NCBI GenBank assembly: GCA_016181045.1
Contig: JACPAB010000002.1
Location: 1 to 59,125, forward strand
DNA length: 59,125 bases
Origin: Candidatus Yanofskybacteria bacterium
GTDB taxonomy: Bacteria; Patescibacteriota; Minisyncoccia; 2-02-FULL-40-12; GWA2-44-9
Direction: 5' to 3'
Position numbers and translations under genes: made by a program. This document shows positions 55,901-59,125 of this stretch, piece by piece (positions within the stretch are counted from its first letter, which is position 1; every line of letters begins with the position of its first letter). Under the pieces are notes generated by a model that was not told the DNA's origin, searched no databases, and was given only the letters and a program-made list of their open reading frames with translations.

Positions 55901-56284
55901 GACTGGCTGGTCATCGCCCGAAGAAAAGGATACGAGGGGACAGACGCGGCTGTAATTTCCAATGACCAATTACCAATTTCCAATGAATCTTCAAATACTA
56001 GTGAACCAATAACCAACACTGAAATTACAAACACCGCAACTCCGTCAACAGAAACATCGCCGAGTCCCACTCCAGAATTAACGACCTCTGATGGCGCAAC
56101 GACCACGCCAGAGGACGGGCAGGCATCCGAGGTCACAGAACCGACACCTGAAACAACTCCGGAATCTACTCCCGAGCCGACAACTTCGCCGACCCCAGAA
56201 CCAACCCCAGATGCTACCCCGACCCCAGAACCAACCCCGACATCAATCCCCGAACCGAGTCCGACACCGACCCCTGAAATTTAA
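49913..56284 (+). CDS. Giant repetitive surface/fibre protein, C-terminal part (GNVGIG repeats, Gly-rich domain, intramolecular-chaperone-like domain, PT/E-rich tail)
   Basis: Continues the same repeats; Gly-rich ~53690-54660; DLAEYY..GIISTNPG..VALAGRVPAKVSDENGPINVGDKL; (P/T/E)n tail. Confidence 0.85.
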   Translation: MYGVGSIAFAGPASISNTLFVGTGGKTGNVGIGTTGPGHTLHIRSANQGVNFGGTTAVQLALYTSDAQAIDKGGQIALGGATGNSNTPNYAFGTIAGRKENGTSDNFAGYLQFSTTGGGSTIAEAMRITSTGNVGIGTTAPTSKLEVLGGRLEVGGTASASYFLTGNTLQVGGFASVAYSRFGTSTLTTNPAGNWITTTNDVLVSGDLYGVGSLSFAGPASISNTLFVGTGGNTGNVGIGTTNPKFKLDVLKSGGSDIVRFGSDTTNYLKIDSGTISTDLVSSENRAFTILTNAVERLRITGGGNVGIGNTTPDSKLDVAGNITASTSGNIDLTLRSSSAVGDDGKFIIRSTGASDRLEIMNGSTPTSLVTIASSGNVGIGETSPTALLEIKGGTASISNTLFVENNGSVGIGTTVPEAKLTILGVSGNQIKIDSSNGTASAIVFFNGGVNRWEFYSSSNSTNDLIVQDNTAGTQPLIIKRTTGNVGIGTETPSSLLTVQGRGEFQGTASASYLLTGNTLQVGGFASAAYSRFGTTATTHSNWISTASDLFLSNDLEGRGSISFAGTASLSNTLWVSPGGFSGNVGIGTTAPTTKLDVSGAASVSADFEVGGVILAADGTTSLPSIAFTNDRDAGIYRVSNALSFTLGGTTMLSLDATGSENQITIDGGIPLGFGTSARNPTAYLRRDANNILGMRNGTDAQEFRIWNTDAAADEFLSIGFINNANVATFETEQVSGGTVRNFAFLGGNVGINTTTPQTKFEVQGTASASYLLTGNTLQVGGFASAAYSRFGTLTTGHSNYISASNDVLISGDLETRGTASFGGVASVSGNFFTRGTNTFSGTGSTSFSGSVDISKGLRVGANTALSVNANASANTLVLVGGNVGIGTSDLTTKLEVAGTASISGATTLRGITYTWPSVDGSANQFLRTNGSGTLAWATSGVASNSLDFDEFVNNMTLDANLRITSASYQFNLRNTDFIAGNITASSSGNVDFVLRSSTTNGAANNDDAKFTIRTGSSSENFQIRNGANTTLLSIASSSGLFSIKGTLTALTGNNLKLQASGTGTGSTGSGSIYFLDSSGTTKGRLGTTSTDTVTPNAGTGADGSISLTTAGTTNCQTTAIANGRSNADCIATAISTTSNSGQTVVTVSSTTGFAVNDEILLIQMTGTGAGNYEFRKISSIDSSTQISTTANLTNTYTNDGSSKPQMVRVPNYNNVTIGDTGQARTLTVSAWNGTVGGILAFRAKGTVTVASGSLIDVNGLGLGGGAGGTGGNGGAGVAQTNAGNGSLGSTGTAGSGTGGGNGGVAGGAVGNGATGGASNAGSGGGGAGGMGGGGAGGAYATANAGGNGTSGAGGNGGAGSGTAGTPGSGGAGGAGTGGAAGSTHGAASLSTLFLGSGGGGGAGGNGGGGANGVEGTGGGAGGNGGTGGAGGAGGGIVFIEASTISNSGTIRADGSSGSSGLVGSVGANGFNGTNWQQGGGGGGSGGAPGGGGSGGSVYVAASTVTAGTITASGGSGSSTGGNGGNGGVGDGPNINENGGGGGGGAGVTGGSGGAGGGTTAVAGSAGASVAAGAGSAGGNGRIRCDTSAGSGCTTTPSANQNVYSASLGNSLGTLYIGATNTTSSDLAEYYPAHDKSLVSGDVVSVDFDGSSYGLVKARDSDPPLGIISTNPGLILGGGEGDKSSERLVALAGRVPAKVSDENGPINVGDKLAVSKTTSGYAMKATEAGEIVGVALEPFGNLPASSSFENVASGSFSNLASGSVPVAPPKPVTYGKILTFVNVGYWAPAESQISINGEFAIRGSGSLSDVIVVSSVEFGEVASGSRAVIATVIKTVLTKVQNLWASGDIIAEGIRKTYFAVVNIEIFKDLNITDWGTRSITIANTADDATKSLFSGNGAQAAAESKLDLKENGAYLATYGVDSTRGEIALSGSSDLVGGEAKVFFDFSFSSVISPDVPLKVLTTPTTMMQGQLYVANKTPYGFVVKGMNGALDGKFDWLVIARRKGYEGTDAAVISNDQLPISNESSNTSEPITNTEITNTATPSTETSPSPTPELTTSDGATTTPEDGQASEVTEPTPETTPESTPEPTTSPTPEPTPDATPTPEPTPTSIPEPSPTPTPEI

Positions 56285-56411
56285 ACATTTAAAGATATAA
56301 AGTTGTAAAAATTTCAACACAAAAATAATTAAAGTAAATATTGAATTGTTTATATGCTTTAAGTAGGCTAATACAGCATACTTAAACATACAAATATTCA
56401 AAAATTTAAAG

Positions 56412-58814
56412 ATGAGTATAAACTTTTTAGAGAACCAGGTCGAAGAAATTCCCGCCGTTGATTCTTCAGACGGGGAAAAAGAGGAAACCGTTTATTTAAA
56501 GCTGTGCCGCGCCGTTGTTCTGGCCGCTGTCTTTTTGGTGCCTCTTTTCTTCTTGCCGTGGACGACAAGTGTTCTGGAATTCAACAAGCAGCTGCTTCTT
56601 ATCGGCTTGTCCGGCGCGGCGTTGATCTTGTGGCTGCTCCATGTGGTTGTCTCCGGCCGGCTTATATGGCGTCCAAATCCCGTTGATGCGGCTGTTGGTT
56701 CTGTTTTGGCGGCATCGGCTCTGGCTACGCTTTTCTCAATTACCAGGTTCAAAAGTTTATTCGGCCTTTCCGGCAGCTTGAGCGAATCCTTTATCGTCAT
56801 TATGGCGTTGTCAATTATTTATTTTGCCGCGGTCCATTCTTTCCAGGATAAAGGCAGGTCGGCCAAGATGGTCATGGTTACCTCCTTGTGTTTGGCTTTG
56901 TTGTTTGGCCTTTTGCAGTTATTCGGTTTGCACATATTTAAATATTTAAATATTTCGATATTTAAATTTACCGACTCGGATGCGTTCAATTCTGTGGGTT
57001 CCATAAATTCAATGGGTTTGTTGGGGGCCTTGGCTCTGCCGGTCTTCTATAGGTTTCAAAGTTTCAAAGTTTCAATATTTAAATATTTAAATATTGGGAA
57101 AGTCGGGGCTTTTCTGGCTCTGGCTCTGCTCGTGATACTTAACTGGTGGGCGCTTTGGGTTGTCGCTATTGCCGGAATGGTCTGCCTGATAGCGCTGGAA
57201 AGCTTGGCTAACCGACAAACGGAAAATAATAAATTCCGGCTCGCCAGGTTCATATTCCCGATGACGGTGATAGTTCTCAGCGTGTTCTTGATGATAGTGA
57301 ATTTTAATCTTTCTGCTCTGAAAGCGGGTCTGCCGATAGAGGTTGCGCCGTCTTTCGGCCTTTCCGGCGATGTCGCCTTGGATGTATTGAAGAAAAGCCC
57401 GGCCTTCGGATATGGCCCGGAGAATTTCTCCCTCGCTTTCGATAAATTCGGCGCATCAAGTTTGGCAAATACGACATTGTCGAGCGCGAAGTTCTTCGAT
57501 TCTACATCGCAGATGATGAACTTTGCCGTAAGCGGAGGCATTGTCTTGCTGGTGGCCATCGCGTTCCTCCTGTGGGTTCTGGGAGCGGGGATATTTAAAT
57601 ATTTAAATATTGAAACATTTAAATATGAAGATGCGGGCGTTGTCTCTGCTTTAGCCGCTTTAGTTGTCGGAATGTTTCTGTATCCGTTCAATCTTTCGCT
57701 CATGTTTCTGTTTTACCTTGTCATTGCCCTTACCGTTTTAGCTTTATGGGGTAGTGAGTCCAGGGTGGTGGATGTCGAGGAAAGGGCCTCGACGTCGCTG
57801 GTATCATCTCTCGGATTCATAGGCGGATTGCTTCTGGTCTTGGTTGGTTCGTATTTCGGGGCGACGATATATATCTCCGACCTTAAATATGCGCAGGCCC
57901 TGTCCAGCGATACCAACGACAAAGCCGTCCAACTCCTCGTGGAATCAATAAACTGGAACGGTAATGATGACAGGTATTACCGCGCCGCATCGCAGGTGGC
58001 GCTCAATTTAATGGTGGCAGAGCTGAACAAGAAGCCGGCCAACGAGGACAGGACGGCAAAAGTCCAAAATTATATTGCCTCGGCAATAAACCTGGCCCGA
58101 AGAGCGACGGAAGTCGGCCCCAAAGAAGCGAACAACTGGTTTAATTTGGGAGCGGTCTATCAAAACTTGCTCGGATTCGTTGACGGGGTAGAGAAGTTGT
58201 CGGAGGACGCATATTTGAGGGCCGCGGATCTGCGCCCCGGGGATGCTTCATATTTCAACCAAGTCGGCTCAACTTACTTGGCCAGCGCCGACCTGTCCAG
58301 GCGTTTAGCCGCCGGTGGAGGGGCAAATGGCGCGAGGTTCCAGACCGCAGTCGGTCCGGCCCTGGATAAGGCGGAAGAGAATTTCAAGAAAGCGACCGAA
58401 ATTTCAACCAACTTCGGTTGGGCTATTTACAACCTTGGCGTTGTTTACGACAGGCAAGGGAAGGTAAATGAGGCCATTTCCCAACTGGAAAAAATCATGC
58501 CGTTCAACAGCAATCAGCCCGGTTTGGCTTTTGAGTTGGGTCTGCTTTATTACCGCGTAGGCCGGAAAGACAAGGCGTTCAACGAATTGCAGAGAGCGGT
58601 GTTGTTGTCGCCGGACTTTTCCAATGCCCGCTGGTATCTCGCCTTGATACACGAAGAGAGACAGGACTTCGCTTCAGCCATAGAACAGCTCGAGAAAGTA
58701 TTGAGCATTGAGGCGAATAAAGATAATGTCGAAGTCCTGGCCAAGCTGAAACAACTCAAAAATGGTCAAAAGACAATTCCTCCTAAAAAAGTTACCGATC
58801 AGAAACCTCTCTAA
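56412..58814 (+). CDS. Polytopic membrane protein (O-antigen ligase/GT-C-like) with C-terminal TPR repeats
   Basis: About 12 TMs; VPLFFLP..EFNKQ; FGYGPENF; TPRs (WFNLGAVY, YNLGVVY, FELGLLYY, ARWYLA). Confidence 0.82.
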   Translation: MSINFLENQVEEIPAVDSSDGEKEETVYLKLCRAVVLAAVFLVPLFFLPWTTSVLEFNKQLLLIGLSGAALILWLLHVVVSGRLIWRPNPVDAAVGSVLAASALATLFSITRFKSLFGLSGSLSESFIVIMALSIIYFAAVHSFQDKGRSAKMVMVTSLCLALLFGLLQLFGLHIFKYLNISIFKFTDSDAFNSVGSINSMGLLGALALPVFYRFQSFKVSIFKYLNIGKVGAFLALALLVILNWWALWVVAIAGMVCLIALESLANRQTENNKFRLARFIFPMTVIVLSVFLMIVNFNLSALKAGLPIEVAPSFGLSGDVALDVLKKSPAFGYGPENFSLAFDKFGASSLANTTLSSAKFFDSTSQMMNFAVSGGIVLLVAIAFLLWVLGAGIFKYLNIETFKYEDAGVVSALAALVVGMFLYPFNLSLMFLFYLVIALTVLALWGSESRVVDVEERASTSLVSSLGFIGGLLLVLVGSYFGATIYISDLKYAQALSSDTNDKAVQLLVESINWNGNDDRYYRAASQVALNLMVAELNKKPANEDRTAKVQNYIASAINLARRATEVGPKEANNWFNLGAVYQNLLGFVDGVEKLSEDAYLRAADLRPGDASYFNQVGSTYLASADLSRRLAAGGGANGARFQTAVGPALDKAEENFKKATEISTNFGWAIYNLGVVYDRQGKVNEAISQLEKIMPFNSNQPGLAFELGLLYYRVGRKDKAFNELQRAVLLSPDFSNARWYLALIHEERQDFASAIEQLEKVLSIEANKDNVEVLAKLKQLKNGQKTIPPKKVTDQKPL

Positions 58815-59125
58815 AATTCACAAGGCGCATCTGGTCGTTCTTGCAACGGCTGGTTTTATCGTGGGGTGGTTAGGGTTCCTTCTCTTGCAATCACCTCTTA
58901 GTTCGCCTAAAGAGATAAAGGTCGGAGAAGGACAGGGGGTGTATGCGATTGCCCATACTCTAAAACAGGAAGGAGCAATAGGAAGCAAGCTTGCTTTCGT
59001 CGCCTATACATTGATAACGGGCAACGAAAAAAAGCTTCAGGCCGGCAGGTATCTTTTTAAGCCGGGAGCCACTATTCCCGTCATTGTCCATTCAATAGCG
59101 GAAGGGTTTGCCGAATCCGATGATA
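58762..59125 (+). CDS. mltG: Endolytic transglycosylase MltG (5' part, runs off the window)
   Basis: Manual translation: TM, IKVGEGQGVYAIAHTLKQEGAIGSKLAF...KKLQAGRYLF; start codon uncertain. Confidence 0.72.
   Translation, partial: MVKRQFLLKKLPIRNLSKIHKAHLVVLATAGFIVGWLGFLLLQSPLSSPKEIKVGEGQGVYAIAHTLKQEGAIGSKLAFVAYTLITGNEKKLQAGRYLFKPGATIPVIVHSIAEGFAESDD

Noticed and set aside
1-59125. Alternative genetic code (TGA = Gly, as in Gracilibacteria/Absconditabacteria)
   Set aside because: Long conserved genes are intact under code 11 and TGA ends several ORFs next to terminators (e.g. 4346, 8037).

Overview
Bacterial chromosomal window that most resembles a Patescibacteria (CPR, Parcubacteria-like) genome using the standard code; this is inferred from gene content, short EF-Ts, N-truncated RF1, AT-rich leaders and abundant palindromic repeats. 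Layout: 1-20 kb holds small accessory and housekeeping genes (HD/LMW-phosphatase fusion, SWIB, cold-shock, GH15, DsbA, RRM, nfo, tgt, glutaredoxin, SOD, protein O-mannosyltransferase). 20-27 kb is trxB plus a sugar-phosphate operon (rpiB, FAD oxidoreductase, rpe, pfkB, fba). 28-33.5 kb is translation genes (rplY, prfA, rpmE, rpsB, tsf, rpmG) and four tRNAs, with a LAGLIDADG gene overlapping tRNA-Tyr. 33.6-38 kb encodes a 1020-aa phosphoesterase-like protein and a triplicated membrane protein. 38.6-56.3 kb is one ~17.7-kb giant surface-protein gene broken by three probable assembly frameshifts, followed by a TPR membrane protein and partial mltG. Best candidate for an undescribed system: inside the giant gene, about 12 unique in-frame modules (192-498 bp) are each bounded by a DNA-conserved, imperfectly palindromic site (CCGGC-AA-CGTCG-GCATCGGGA-CGACG-GG-GCCGG) with attL/attR-like half-site asymmetry, suggesting site-specific cassette insertion into a protein-coding array. 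No recombinase is visible in the window. Second theme: palindromic elements and 7/8-mer repeats inserted in frame into many conserved genes. Coordinates and counts were read by eye; no searches were run.
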